DNA from: a virus
Virus record (IMG/VR): IMGVR_UViG_3300017991_000096
Coordinates: 15,246 to 79,245 of that record
Length of the DNA stretch: 64,000 bases
Reading direction: 5' to 3' (one strand)
In this document: piece by piece, positions 9,250 to 19,932 of the stretch
Layout of the letters: each line of letters starts with the position of its first letter
How positions within the stretch are numbered: position 1 is the first letter of the stretch
Made by a program: the position numbers and the translations under genes
The notes under the pieces: generated by a model
The model's input: only the letters and a program-made list of their open reading frames with translations
Told to the model about the DNA's origin: nothing
The model's database searches: none

Positions 9250-11298
9250 ATGGCTATCGGAGCAGGTATTGATCTCATCAAGGACAACTCGGTTGTCATC
9301 GACTACACGAGCCTTGACGCCCCTGCGGTGGAAGCTGATCTGCGGACCTACGCGCAGACGCAGTTCCATGACCGCTGGACGAACTTCAACGACAGCGAGT
9401 TCGCCGTCGTGTTCCTCAAGATCCTGGCCTACCTCACCGATCTGATCACGTACCAGTTCAACGTGACCATCGGTGAGACGCAGCCTGCGACGGCGCGGCG
9501 TCGAAAGAACTTCATCAACATCGCCAAGGGGTACGACTACGAGTTGCCGGGGCCTGTGGCGTCGAGCGTCGATATGGAGGTCATCTCCAACGTCGCCCAG
9601 ATCCCCTACCCCCTCGACGCGGAGAGCTTCAAGGTGGGCGCCGCGAACGGGTCCGTGTTCATGCCCTCCGCTGACGTGCTCATCACCGCGAGCCCCCAGA
9701 CGGTGCCCTTCACGAACGGCGACCTACAGGACCAGGAGTTGCTCGGCACGTCGGACGGCAGCCCCGCCCAGGAGTACGAGCTTGCCCAGGCCCCTGTGAT
9801 CTGGAGTGCTGGGGCTCCTGTGCTCACCGTGACCGTAGCTGGGGTGCCTTGGAGCCGAGAGCGGGCCCGCGTCAACGCGCAGAGCACCAGCGAGGTCTAC
9901 TTTGTCGAGACGGACGAGGCCGACACCACGCGCATCGTCTTTGGTGACGGCATCAACGGCAAGATCCCATCGTTCGGCGCGGAGATCCGAGCCACCTACA
10001 AGGTCGGCGGCGGTACAGCGTCGAACATCAACCCTCGCACCATCTCCACCATCCTGACGCCTGTGCCTGGTGTGCTCTCGGTCCAGAACCCGGCGCGGGC
10101 TACGGGCGGCAAGCCGCGGCAGAGCCTCCGCGAAGCCAAGAGTGCCCTGCCCGCCTCGATCAAGACCAACGACCGGGCGGTGACTGCGGATGACTACGCC
10201 GACATCCTGTTCGCTCCCGATGCGCCTTCGGGTACGGCGAAGGCGGGGGCGGCTGCCGGATTCACGAACGTGGTGTTCGTGTGGGCTGTGCCTGCCGGGG
10301 GTCCGCCCTTGTCGAACACGCTGCGAAACGAGATCGCGGCCTACCTCGACATCAAGAAGGTTGTAGGTAAGCAACCTATCGTCCTCGACGGCGTACCGAT
10401 CAACATCCGCATGACCCTTGGTGTGTACGTCAAGCCCAACTTCCGCGAGGACGACGTTGTGGCGAAGGTCCGCTCCCTGTTCGTGACGGAGGACCCGGCG
10501 CAGACCGTGCAGCAGGGTGTGTACGACTTCAACAACGTGGGCATGGGTGCGCGCGACGACGAGAACGAACCTCAGATCACGCAGAACCGCATCCACACGC
10601 TCGCGCGGTCGCTGCTGGAGTTCGGCCTCCAGCGCATCGTCATCGAGGAGCTACGCACGACCCCGGTGACCAAACAGCCTCGCCAGCGCGTCAACGCTGG
10701 CAACGGCGGCATCTCCAACGTGGTGTACCTGACGCCCCTGCTCGTCCCCAGACGCGAGTTCAGGATCCTCTGGACCTCCGCCACTGACTTCGAGGTCTAC
10801 CGCCGCATCGTGGGCGCCTCGACGCTCATCACTGACGACTCGCTGGTGGACAACCGGCTCAACCTGGACAACGCGCCAGACTTCACCCTACCGCTCCCCG
10901 CTGGCTCTCAGTTGAACCCCAACCGGGACCAGACGCTCGCGTTCGACATCGACACGGCAGCGACAGTGGGTAACACCATCGTCAAGGATGTCTTGGTGGC
11001 CGGCTCCCTGTTCGGCAACGCAGCACCCGGAGACAACTACTACTTGGAGGTTTTCGACGGCGTGGGATCTGTCGGCGCCCCGACCAACGCGACGGTCACC
11101 TACCAGGCTGCGGCAGGCGACCTGGAGTTCAACGTGTCCTCTGGCACCACGGCGTTCACCTCTGGTGACGAGATCCTGTTCGACGTGTTCCCTCTCGTCG
11201 GTGACATCATCTTGCGCGAGGACGAGTATCCGAACTTCCAACGCGACGCCAACGGCATCGCCATCGACCTCCTGACGCCGGTTCGGGACGCGGAGTAG
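9250..11298 (+). CDS. baseplate J / gp6-like wedge protein
   Basis: IDYTSLD, WTNFNDSE, LGTSDGSPAQ, FGDGINGKIP, Y.VGGG..SN, RAVTADDY. Confidence 0.9.
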   Translation: MAIGAGIDLIKDNSVVIDYTSLDAPAVEADLRTYAQTQFHDRWTNFNDSEFAVVFLKILAYLTDLITYQFNVTIGETQPATARRRKNFINIAKGYDYELPGPVASSVDMEVISNVAQIPYPLDAESFKVGAANGSVFMPSADVLITASPQTVPFTNGDLQDQELLGTSDGSPAQEYELAQAPVIWSAGAPVLTVTVAGVPWSRERARVNAQSTSEVYFVETDEADTTRIVFGDGINGKIPSFGAEIRATYKVGGGTASNINPRTISTILTPVPGVLSVQNPARATGGKPRQSLREAKSALPASIKTNDRAVTADDYADILFAPDAPSGTAKAGAAAGFTNVVFVWAVPAGGPPLSNTLRNEIAAYLDIKKVVGKQPIVLDGVPINIRMTLGVYVKPNFREDDVVAKVRSLFVTEDPAQTVQQGVYDFNNVGMGARDDENEPQITQNRIHTLARSLLEFGLQRIVIEELRTTPVTKQPRQRVNAGNGGISNVVYLTPLLVPRREFRILWTSATDFEVYRRIVGASTLITDDSLVDNRLNLDNAPDFTLPLPAGSQLNPNRDQTLAFDIDTAATVGNTIVKDVLVAGSLFGNAAPGDNYYLEVFDGVGSVGAPTNATVTYQAAAGDLEFNVSSGTTAFTSGDEILFDVFPLVGDIILREDEYPNFQRDANGIAIDLLTPVRDAE

Positions 11299-11301
11299 TC
11301 C

Positions 11302-14300
11302 ATGCCCTTCGACAACACCCTGATCCCCACCGTAAACACCGGGCGCGTGCGTGCCTGGGGTTCCTTGTGGCGCGGCAGCGACGACCAGCAGGACCCAGGC
11401 GTCGGGGTGAACTCGCTCATCTCTGCCGTACAGCTAGGGTTCATGCCTCGCGCCTCCCCTGACTACCAGCGCTCAGGTGACGCGACCTACCTGCACGCCT
11501 CGACCCCGCTGGGGCCCGTGCTTGTGCTCGCCCGAGAGAGTCTGCTCGACAGCGCCGTGCTCGACCCGGCCATGCCTACCGCGCTCCCTCACGCTGAGTC
11601 TGCGCTCTACAGCTTCGGGTTCAGCACTCTGCCCTTCGATGAGTTGGCTCGCGCATCCGCCATCTTCGGCGGCATTGATGGAGGCACGTTTAGTATCTAC
11701 GTCCGACCCGTCAACCTCCTCGCGGCGTCGGACTACGGGGTCTACTGGAACAACGAACTCGGAGTTACCAACGATGATCTTCGCATGGTGTTCACGCCGG
11801 TCGGGCCGTTCCTCGTCATCCGGGGGCCCTCGACCTTCCGGCCAGGCACGGAGGCTATCTATCTCAAGTATCTTTGGGACGGTAGTCCTGCTGCACCAGC
11901 TTCGGAGATTCGTATTGACTGGCAACCCTCCGAGCCGTTGCTGGTGGACTTCACACGACTCCACGTCGTAGCCCTGAACGACGGGCGTCTCAACTTCTAC
12001 TACCGGGTGTTCAACTCCAACCTCGACTTCGAGGGTACAGCCGTCGTCGGCTACAACGCGGTAGCTGGCTACGGGCTCACTGGATCGCCTCCCTCACCGT
12101 TCGCGTTCGCAGGTGCGAACCTCATCACGTCCCCGCGTCTGGTGCTCCAAGGCGTTGTGCCCACCGTGAGCTACAACGGAGGCCGGCGGCACCCGGTGAC
12201 CAACCAGATCCTCCTCGCCATGGAGCCCGCAGGCTCTACGCCAGGCAAGCAGGTTCACTGGTATTTCGGGGCCGGCGCTGGGCTCCGTCTCGATTCGTCC
12301 CCTCTCGTCTGGGACGCCGACACGCACCCCAACCTGTTCGGTGGTCGGCTCGCTCAGGCTCAACCGGACAGCACCGTCAACGTGGTGAACGTGGGCTGGG
12401 CCGGCAACAGGGCAGGCACCCCGTTCAAGGTCATGGCGGGCAACGTGCTCGGTGAGACTGTCACGAGCTTCAAGGAGTTCGTGAACACCTACGACACCGC
12501 CATCGACAACGGGGCCACGGCGGTTCGACCCTGCATCGGGGAGATCGGAGTCGAGGACATTCGTGGCGAGCCCAACCTCGGCGGGCGGCACAAGCTGGTG
12601 GACATCCTGTCGGCGCCCATCTCCAACGACCCTACCGACATCGGAGGGTACAACCCTACCTTCGACTTCTTGAACGCTCGCCTAGTGTCCAGGCTCGATG
12701 AGGTGGAGGGCTCCGACGTGTTCTCGGAGCTAGGCCCCAACGGCACGCTGAACGACGTGGTGCCTGGCCTCGGCGTCGTGCAGAGCGGTCAGACATTCGC
12801 CCAAGACACCAGCGTCATCACCTACGGTCCCGACCCTGTGCTGGACGTGACCGAGTTCGTGTTCTCGGCTTGGATGTCGTTCAACGCGAACCAGCCGGCT
12901 GTGACCCGGTCCATCGCTACCAAGGATGGCGGGGCGGGCCCCAGCTTCCAGCTACAGTGGGACAACGCTGCCGCCGTGCTGCGTCTGACCTTCACCACCG
13001 TTCTGGATGGTGTGCTTTCGTTCGCCTCCAGCGTCACCCTGGAGCGTGGTGTCCCCTACTACGTCACCGCGACCTACGACGGCACGCAAGCCGCCATCTA
13101 CGTCAACGGGTGGCTGGTGGGGGCTCTCGTCGCCCCTGTCGGGGGTGCCCTCGACGTGCAGCCGACGCCCCTCCTCCTCGGAGACTCGACCGGCACCACG
13201 AACCCGCTGCTGTCCTGGTACGGCTTCATTGACGATGTCGTGTGGGGCTCTGGGGTCGGCGTCGATCACTACACCGTCTTGAAGAACTACCAGTTGGGCC
13301 TCTACATCCGAACGGACTCGGGCAAGCCTGGCGGTCCTGTGCGGACCAGCCGCGGCGCTGGAGCGAGCGACTCGGATGGCGTGGTGGCGACGGCTACGGC
13401 TACCCGACTTGGCGATCCAGCGGTGCGTGTCTACACGGCAGCCCTGCGCTACCAGAACGTCTCGGTGGACCCAAACTATGAGCAGGGCGGCGTGCTCGAC
13501 ATCTGGCAAGCACGCGAGGATGGTGTGGCTGACCCTCGCGGGCCGATTCCTCTCCCCGCCCCCGTGTTCGACTACACCCCAGGTCCGCCAGCACCCGGAG
13601 CGACAGGGGTCGAACTCAAGGATCGTCGGGTTAGCTTCGATATGACCATGCTCGACGCGGGCAACTCGACGGACCTAGTCCTCGTGATCGGCTTCCGCGT
13701 ACCGGGCGATGTCTTTCAAGTCTGGGCCTTGCGCTTCGACCCCGACAGTGTGGACGCCGTCACTCAGGCGGACTGGCGCATCGTGACGGTCATGGACTTG
13801 GCAGCGTCCGACGAGTACCCCACCGCTCTGGGGGCCACGCTCTACGCGAACGATGCCTACCCGATGGTCATGCTGTACGTGGACGAGCCAGTCGCGGCGG
13901 CGGATCGTCGGCTGTACTTCATACGAGAGGCAGACTACAGCAGCGGCGATCCTGGGTCCTCCACGGCGCCCTACGTGCCCATCGCGGATCTCATCATCAA
14001 CGCTGCGGTGACCGGCTCCTTCGGCTTTGAGAACTTCGCACCACCAGGGCGCGACCCGGTCATCACCGGCATCGTGGCGCGCGAGATCATCGTCGGGCAA
14101 GGCTGGCACCCTCAGTGGGCCAACAGTTACCTCATCATCTTCTCGTTCGGGAGCCTGCCGCTGGCGCCTGCATCGTTCGACGCCGTCGAGAACACGGTCG
14201 CCACCGTAGCCTACGAGGTGAGCCGTTCGAGCCTCGACGCTGGTGACCAGCCCATCGTCCCGCTCACCGGAGCGATTCGATCCGTCAACTCGAAGCAGAT

Positions 14301-14955
14301 CGACCAGTTCATCCTCGGAGCGCTGGAGCCGTTTCTTCCGGTGAGTATCTACTCCCTGGGTGGCGCCACGGCGGACTTCTTGGTGCTGGGGCGGCGGGGG
14401 CCTCGGCCTTGGTACGGGGAGCAGGACACCGGCAAAGAGGCCGCGCTACAGGGATCGAACGGCTACGAGGTCTACCGCTTCAAACGCGAGGGCTCGTGGT
14501 CATGCAAGCCTGTGCTCTCCGTCCCCATGACCTACCAGGGGCGGGAGGCGACGCGCACAGGGGTCAGCTTCACGTCGCCTCGGACTGCCCCCAACCTCGA
14601 CCGCGCCGAGGTCGTCATCGCCCGACCGTTCCCCTCTGGACAGGATCAGGTGTCGCCCATCTACCTGTCGTCTGAGGAGGTATCGTTGGGGTCTTGGAAC
14701 CTACCAACCCCGACGACGATCAACCCCTTGCTACGCCGCAACGATGACATGACCTCTGTGGTCTGGACTCGCCACGAGCTATCCACGAAAGCCCTGCCTG
14801 GTGAATCCACCAGCGTTCCCCCAAACAAGGGCGCACGAGAGCAGGCCACGGTCATCCTTCGCTACGACATCGACAACTTCGACGGACCCGGTGGACCCGG
14901 CGGACCCGAGGAGCCTGGTGGTCCTGGCGAGGGGCCTGGAGACGAACTGCCATGA
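11302..14955 (+). CDS. large tail fibre / receptor-binding-like protein with LamG (ConA-like) domain
   Basis: 1217 aa, beta-rich; LamG signature FVFSAW...YYVTATYDGTQAAIYVNG...GFIDDV. Confidence 0.6.
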   Translation: MPFDNTLIPTVNTGRVRAWGSLWRGSDDQQDPGVGVNSLISAVQLGFMPRASPDYQRSGDATYLHASTPLGPVLVLARESLLDSAVLDPAMPTALPHAESALYSFGFSTLPFDELARASAIFGGIDGGTFSIYVRPVNLLAASDYGVYWNNELGVTNDDLRMVFTPVGPFLVIRGPSTFRPGTEAIYLKYLWDGSPAAPASEIRIDWQPSEPLLVDFTRLHVVALNDGRLNFYYRVFNSNLDFEGTAVVGYNAVAGYGLTGSPPSPFAFAGANLITSPRLVLQGVVPTVSYNGGRRHPVTNQILLAMEPAGSTPGKQVHWYFGAGAGLRLDSSPLVWDADTHPNLFGGRLAQAQPDSTVNVVNVGWAGNRAGTPFKVMAGNVLGETVTSFKEFVNTYDTAIDNGATAVRPCIGEIGVEDIRGEPNLGGRHKLVDILSAPISNDPTDIGGYNPTFDFLNARLVSRLDEVEGSDVFSELGPNGTLNDVVPGLGVVQSGQTFAQDTSVITYGPDPVLDVTEFVFSAWMSFNANQPAVTRSIATKDGGAGPSFQLQWDNAAAVLRLTFTTVLDGVLSFASSVTLERGVPYYVTATYDGTQAAIYVNGWLVGALVAPVGGALDVQPTPLLLGDSTGTTNPLLSWYGFIDDVVWGSGVGVDHYTVLKNYQLGLYIRTDSGKPGGPVRTSRGAGASDSDGVVATATATRLGDPAVRVYTAALRYQNVSVDPNYEQGGVLDIWQAREDGVADPRGPIPLPAPVFDYTPGPPAPGATGVELKDRRVSFDMTMLDAGNSTDLVLVIGFRVPGDVFQVWALRFDPDSVDAVTQADWRIVTVMDLAASDEYPTALGATLYANDAYPMVMLYVDEPVAAADRRLYFIREADYSSGDPGSSTAPYVPIADLIINAAVTGSFGFENFAPPGRDPVITGIVAREIIVGQGWHPQWANSYLIIFSFGSLPLAPASFDAVENTVATVAYEVSRSSLDAGDQPIVPLTGAIRSVNSKQIDQFILGALEPFLPVSIYSLGGATADFLVLGRRGPRPWYGEQDTGKEAALQGSNGYEVYRFKREGSWSCKPVLSVPMTYQGREATRTGVSFTSPRTAPNLDRAEVVIARPFPSGQDQVSPIYLSSEEVSLGSWNLPTPTTINPLLRRNDDMTSVVWTRHELSTKALPGESTSVPPNKGAREQATVILRYDIDNFDGPGGPGGPEEPGGPGEGPGDELP

Positions 14956-15014
14956 AAATCACACCCGAAGATGCAACCCCCGAGGAGTCGGGCAACACCA
15001 CGGAGCACTAGCAG

Positions 15015-16754
15015 ATGTCCACCTTCCCCCTACTTCAAGGCGGTGTTTTCGACCGCACGCTCCAGCTAGGCGCCATCTGGTCGTCTGCCGAGTTTTTCGG
15101 ATCGCAGTTCTTGACGATGCGTTTCGTGAGCAAGAACGGGCGTGAGGTGGGGCAGGCTACCGGGCCCGATGCGCTGTTCGGCCCCATCCAGATCGGGTTC
15201 CTCTACGACATCAGCGAGTCGGTCCTATTCCCCCCAGCACCCGATGCTTACGTCCCCATCGGCATCATCTCGGATGAGTCCATTGGCGTCCTTAGAGGCA
15301 TCTATGGTATCTACCGAGACACACAGAGCAACGGGGAGCGGGAGCTTGTCGAGATCCGCGAGGTGGCCCTGTTCCAGCAGACGCCCTTCGCCATCCCCGA
15401 CCTGCTGGTGTGGGACATCCCCATCCCGTTGCCTCGGGGCGTAGAGCACTCGATGCGGGTGGTCACGCTCGCTCAGCTTAGTCAAGACCTCCTCGACAAT
15501 CTATTCACGGGCATCAACGACCCGCTGCCCGTGCTGGGGTTCATCTACTACGTGCTGTCGAGCGGTGACTCGTCGCGGCTCTACGTCGTGCCGATCAGCC
15601 CGCCGTCAGGGTTCATCTTTCCTGACAACTACCAGCGGGATCAGCCGCCACAGCTTGTGGCCGAGTTCGACTTCAAGATCGAAGATCGCATCTACGTGGT
15701 GCGCTCTACCGAGAACTGGGACCGGGTCATCATCTACCTCGGGGATGGCGACTCCTCGCCGCTGCGGCGCACCACGGTCCTCGTCCACGAGCCCCTGACC
15801 AACACCGTGGTCAGGCCGCCGAAGGTGCTCATCGACGGCGCTTCACCGTTCCCTCGCAGCTACGCCGCAGCGGCCGGCAGATCCGAGTGGAACCTGCCCA
15901 TGACCTCTGTGCTGCTGGAGACGGAGAACAGCCGCGACGGCGGAGGTGCTGTGGACCTGGCAAGCCGCCTCGACTCTCCGCACCGCATCAGCTACAAGTG
16001 GTTCCCTTCGGGCTCGGAGTGGCTGCTCTGCTCGTTCGTGACGGACGGGTACAACCTGCTCGACCAGCAGACCGTCGATCACACCAAGGTCGGCCCCTAC
16101 CTTGGGGGAGGACACGCCGTCAACTCTGGATCGTGGAACCGGGTGCGGGCATGGCCCACGTTCCTCGGCCGCCTCGACCTCCCGCTCGACCGCAGGTTCT
16201 TCACGAGCTTCGAGCCTGGCGACACGATCCCTGACCAGTTCTTTCGTCCAGACGTGAGCAGTGACTACATGCTCCACTGCTCCTACGGGCTCGACACGCC
16301 TGGTGATGAAGCGTCCAGCCAGTTCGTGTTCCGCAAAGCCCCTTTTCTCAGCGCTCCCAGACCTATCTTTGGTGCCAACTATAGTGAGACGCAGCTAACG
16401 GCTAACTCGACCGGGCTTCCCATGTACGTTGCGGGGTCGATCCAGCTTGCCCACGTTGGCGGGGTGAACACGGACGAGACGTACTACAACCCCATCGGGT
16501 TGGCATCGAACCGCCGCGACTCGTGGCGCCTGGACGACGACACGAACCCCTACGGGTGGCCTGGGCCTGTGCTCTCCCCCTTCGGGTCACCGCTCGATCA
16601 AAGCCTCTTCATCTACGAGGGCAACCGTAGGGACGCGGAGCACGACTGGGTGAACGGCTGCAAGGCGGCTGTTTTCGAGCCCGACCGCGTTTTCATGGTG
16701 GCTTGGTATACTCACCCGATCTCCTTTGGCGGCGGACCCGGAGGTGGCGCATGA
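15015..16754 (+). CDS. putative virion structural protein
   Basis: 579 aa, beta-rich; GGAG RBS; within the tail operon. Confidence 0.55.
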   Translation: MSTFPLLQGGVFDRTLQLGAIWSSAEFFGSQFLTMRFVSKNGREVGQATGPDALFGPIQIGFLYDISESVLFPPAPDAYVPIGIISDESIGVLRGIYGIYRDTQSNGERELVEIREVALFQQTPFAIPDLLVWDIPIPLPRGVEHSMRVVTLAQLSQDLLDNLFTGINDPLPVLGFIYYVLSSGDSSRLYVVPISPPSGFIFPDNYQRDQPPQLVAEFDFKIEDRIYVVRSTENWDRVIIYLGDGDSSPLRRTTVLVHEPLTNTVVRPPKVLIDGASPFPRSYAAAAGRSEWNLPMTSVLLETENSRDGGGAVDLASRLDSPHRISYKWFPSGSEWLLCSFVTDGYNLLDQQTVDHTKVGPYLGGGHAVNSGSWNRVRAWPTFLGRLDLPLDRRFFTSFEPGDTIPDQFFRPDVSSDYMLHCSYGLDTPGDEASSQFVFRKAPFLSAPRPIFGANYSETQLTANSTGLPMYVAGSIQLAHVGGVNTDETYYNPIGLASNRRDSWRLDDDTNPYGWPGPVLSPFGSPLDQSLFIYEGNRRDAEHDWVNGCKAAVFEPDRVFMVAWYTHPISFGGGPGGGA

Positions 16755-17950
16755 CCCAGGAACAAAAACCAGTCAACACATCGCGCTACTGGCCGGGGAC
16801 GGGGATCTGGGTGTCTCAGCTTGACGGCTACGGGCAGACGCCGACCATGCTTGGTCGATACACCATCCGAGATCCCGATACCCTCGACGGGGCCGATCTC
16901 GGATTGCCCTTGTACCAGTTCAACCTCGTCCAAGCCCCGGTCGCCAACCTGGAGGACTACTGGGCCATCATCCACGGCGTTGACGTGCTCAAGTTCGTGG
17001 CGAAGCCGCTCCAGTATGGCGTATCCCCGAACCTCACCCCGCCCCCTTTCACCATGGTCGATCAGATCGGCGCTGTCGGGCTCGGGACGGCGGCGGCGGC
17101 TGTGCTCCACACGCCCACCGATCAGGTGTGCCTCATCTGGAATGAGCCCGACCTGTTCGGGTCTGGAGATGCGCTCACGCTCCAGTTCTTCCTCTACACC
17201 GGAGTCCCCTACGTCTCGGGCGCTCCCATCGTCACCGGGCTCGACCTCGGGTTCACGCCGCAGCAGATCCAGACGAACCAATGGCTGACGTGGGTGGCCA
17301 CGCTCCTTGAGGACGGCAACATCGCAGTCCTCGGCGCGACCTGGGACTACCAGCCGCAGCAGATCGGAGAGGAGCTACAAGGTCCGCTCACCTTCCAGCC
17401 CCGCTTCCGCATGTGGCGGTTCGTGATCGACCCAACCGTGGGCGCTGGCGGAGCGGCGTCCGTCGTGGAGCAGGCTGTCGAGGTGGAGGCACCCGTGCCG
17501 TTCATGCCTCACCAGATCGCCTTTGGTAAGGATCAGCCCTTGAATGGTCAGCCTCGTCGGAACCTTGCGTTCTGCTCGGGCGTGGTGGACACCGCTTACT
17601 TCTACTACCAGACCATCTTGGTGGGCGGCTCCATCGGGGAGTACAGCGTCACCGCTCGGCAGACGCTCGCGCCGGCTATCTGGGTCAGCGACGACCCCGT
17701 CAACCTGACCAACTGGAAGCTGGTGTGGCAGAGCAGCGCCGGCCGCCCCGACAACCCAGCCTACTCCTCACCCGGAGTCTTCGGCGGGTTCCTTGGCGAT
17801 CTCCCCATCTCTCCGACTGGTGACTTCGGCCTTACCTTCGATGAGGCATGGCAAAGGCTCACCATGCACGGTGTGGACGATGACCCCTCGCAGGACCCCA
17901 TGCAGGACCGCTACGGCGGCGCTGGTGGTGGGGGGCCGGAACTGGGCTAA
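16751..17950 (+). CDS. putative virion structural protein
   Basis: ATGA overlap with the upstream stop and GGAGG RBS; beta-rich. Confidence 0.55.
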   Translation: MTQEQKPVNTSRYWPGTGIWVSQLDGYGQTPTMLGRYTIRDPDTLDGADLGLPLYQFNLVQAPVANLEDYWAIIHGVDVLKFVAKPLQYGVSPNLTPPPFTMVDQIGAVGLGTAAAAVLHTPTDQVCLIWNEPDLFGSGDALTLQFFLYTGVPYVSGAPIVTGLDLGFTPQQIQTNQWLTWVATLLEDGNIAVLGATWDYQPQQIGEELQGPLTFQPRFRMWRFVIDPTVGAGGAASVVEQAVEVEAPVPFMPHQIAFGKDQPLNGQPRRNLAFCSGVVDTAYFYYQTILVGGSIGEYSVTARQTLAPAIWVSDDPVNLTNWKLVWQSSAGRPDNPAYSSPGVFGGFLGDLPISPTGDFGLTFDEAWQRLTMHGVDDDPSQDPMQDRYGGAGGGGPELG

Positions 17951-17953
17951 GGC

Positions 17954-19924
17954 ATGGGAAGCAGTCACAACCCCACTGGAGCTAACGTCCACTCGCAGCA
18001 GTTGGCGGCCAACGTCGTCGCTGCGCAGGTTCAGACGAACTACCCCAACCAGGGCGACCCCGGCAACGGCCGGTGCCCCATCGACCTGCGCGCCGTGACC
18101 TGGCCCGAAGGCAAGAGGGTGGACCTGTTCTGGACGAACCCTCCCGGCGTGACCCGCATCGTGATCAAGCGGTCGCGGACCTTTCACTCCGCGTTCCTGA
18201 TCGACGAGGCTGAGGTCATCTACAACGGCCCTGCGGTGGAGCACTTCATCGACGGCGTGCCTGTGCCCGAGACTGTCGGGCGCCCCGGCGACCTGTTCCA
18301 GAGCCCGCCCGACCTTGAGGTTGGCGTGCCCAACACGGGTGTCGATCTGCTGGAGGACACGTTCTACTACTACACGGTCTACGTGACCGTGGCGCCGGAT
18401 CCCATCGGTATCCTCGACTTCGGCCTTGAGGCCAAGGGGCGGTGCCAGGTGACCGGGCTGTCGATCACGGACTACCTACGGACGGACCCAGACCGGCGGG
18501 GTCGAGGCGAGTACCTGTACCACCTGTTCTCGCAGGCCACGCGGGACCGTGACGCCGCGAACGCAGCCGCGGAGGGTCGGACCACCGGATACCTTCAAGA
18601 CTACGCTCGGTTCGTCCAGGGCGGCATCTCGCTCATGCGGGGCTACACGAAGGCACTGGAGCAGGTTGGCGACGCGAGCAGGGCCCCTGCTGGGCTCGTG
18701 GGGTCGGCGTTCGACCAGGCCACGATCCTCGCCAACTGGGCTCGACGGTTCGGCATCATCCCCGAGCGCCGCATCCTCGACGTGTCGATCCTCCGACGCA
18801 TCGCGGAGTCCATGATCTTCATCTACAAGGAGAAGGGTACGTGCCCTTCCATCGTGGACTTCACCAAGTTGCTGACGCTCTGGGACTCGACGTGCGCTGA
18901 GTTTGAGGGCCTGCTCTGCAACCCGTTCTACCTCGCCACCTGGGACGGGATGAGCGAGAAGGACACCTACAGTTGGCCCTCATCCCTGGTGACCATCCAG
19001 CCTGGGAGCATCGCGCTCCCCGGCGCCGTGCTCGTGCAGGATAAGTACGCGAACAGCCTGTTCAAGAGCGCGATGGGTGACGTGTTCCAGATCGCCGGCA
19101 ACACGACCAGCGTGGTCACCTTTGCGGACCCTGCTGCTGTCCCCAACGTCGAGGACTTGCTTACCATTGGCGCAGTCGTGCCTGTCGCTGGCACGATCTA
19201 CGACCTCACGGTGACCCGAACCCAGGGCGGACCCGTTGACCTGAACGACCAGGAGTACGATGGCTACCAACTCGTTGACTCGGCAAACTCCATCGGTGAT
19301 GTCGTGGCTACTACGGGCGGGCCGCCGTCTGTCGTTCGCGTTGACTCGCCAGTTCTTCCTGTCGTTGGAGCCGCGGCCGTTGCCCCGAGCTACCTTCTCG
19401 GTGCCGCCTTTGTTGACCGGAATCCGCAGTTCACGTTCGACCTCCGCACCAAGTGCCCGACGTTCCTGTACGAACCCCTCAAAGACCTCGACCTCAAGGG
19501 TGCAGACTTCGATCCGTTCGATGTGCTGTTTGGTGGCGGCTCACTCCTTGGTACTCCATTCCTTCCCGGCGATATCATCCTCACCATCGCGGCTGGTGTG
19601 GCTGACGCTGTCGGCACTTCTACCTCTATCGTTGGTAATACCCTTACTGACACGACCGCGAACTTCGGGCCGATCAACAGCCTCTCGCAGTTCGGCCTGA
19701 ACCCGAACCGGAACCAGACCGCTCTGTTCAGGGTCGTCGCCAACACGGCAACCACCCTCACGGTCAGCAGCCCTGCCCCTGGCGTCACACTGGAGAGCGT
19801 CGCCAAGGCCGGTTCCCGCTACTTTCTCCTCAACCTTCCCAACAGCCGGAAGTACGAGATCTTGGTGCGCCTCATCAAGCTCATGCTCCCGAGCAACACC
19901 CGGATCTTCATCTTCTTCCTGTAG
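17954..19924 (+). CDS. baseplate wedge protein (tail protein I / gp7-like) with FN3-like N-terminus
   Basis: VDLFWTNP...YYYTVY (FN3-like); LRRI......IYKEKGT..SI motif; C-terminal LIKLMLPSNT; shares the LNPNR.QT motif with the gpJ-like protein. Confidence 0.65.
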   Translation: MGSSHNPTGANVHSQQLAANVVAAQVQTNYPNQGDPGNGRCPIDLRAVTWPEGKRVDLFWTNPPGVTRIVIKRSRTFHSAFLIDEAEVIYNGPAVEHFIDGVPVPETVGRPGDLFQSPPDLEVGVPNTGVDLLEDTFYYYTVYVTVAPDPIGILDFGLEAKGRCQVTGLSITDYLRTDPDRRGRGEYLYHLFSQATRDRDAANAAAEGRTTGYLQDYARFVQGGISLMRGYTKALEQVGDASRAPAGLVGSAFDQATILANWARRFGIIPERRILDVSILRRIAESMIFIYKEKGTCPSIVDFTKLLTLWDSTCAEFEGLLCNPFYLATWDGMSEKDTYSWPSSLVTIQPGSIALPGAVLVQDKYANSLFKSAMGDVFQIAGNTTSVVTFADPAAVPNVEDLLTIGAVVPVAGTIYDLTVTRTQGGPVDLNDQEYDGYQLVDSANSIGDVVATTGGPPSVVRVDSPVLPVVGAAAVAPSYLLGAAFVDRNPQFTFDLRTKCPTFLYEPLKDLDLKGADFDPFDVLFGGGSLLGTPFLPGDIILTIAAGVADAVGTSTSIVGNTLTDTTANFGPINSLSQFGLNPNRNQTALFRVVANTATTLTVSSPAPGVTLESVAKAGSRYFLLNLPNSRKYEILVRLIKLMLPSNTRIFIFFL

Positions 19925-19932
19925 GAGTCGTC

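Noticed and set aside
14952-15017. Genome-wide amber recoding
   Set aside because: Many genes end cleanly at TAG with tightly packed downstream starts, and conserved enzymes are uninterrupted.
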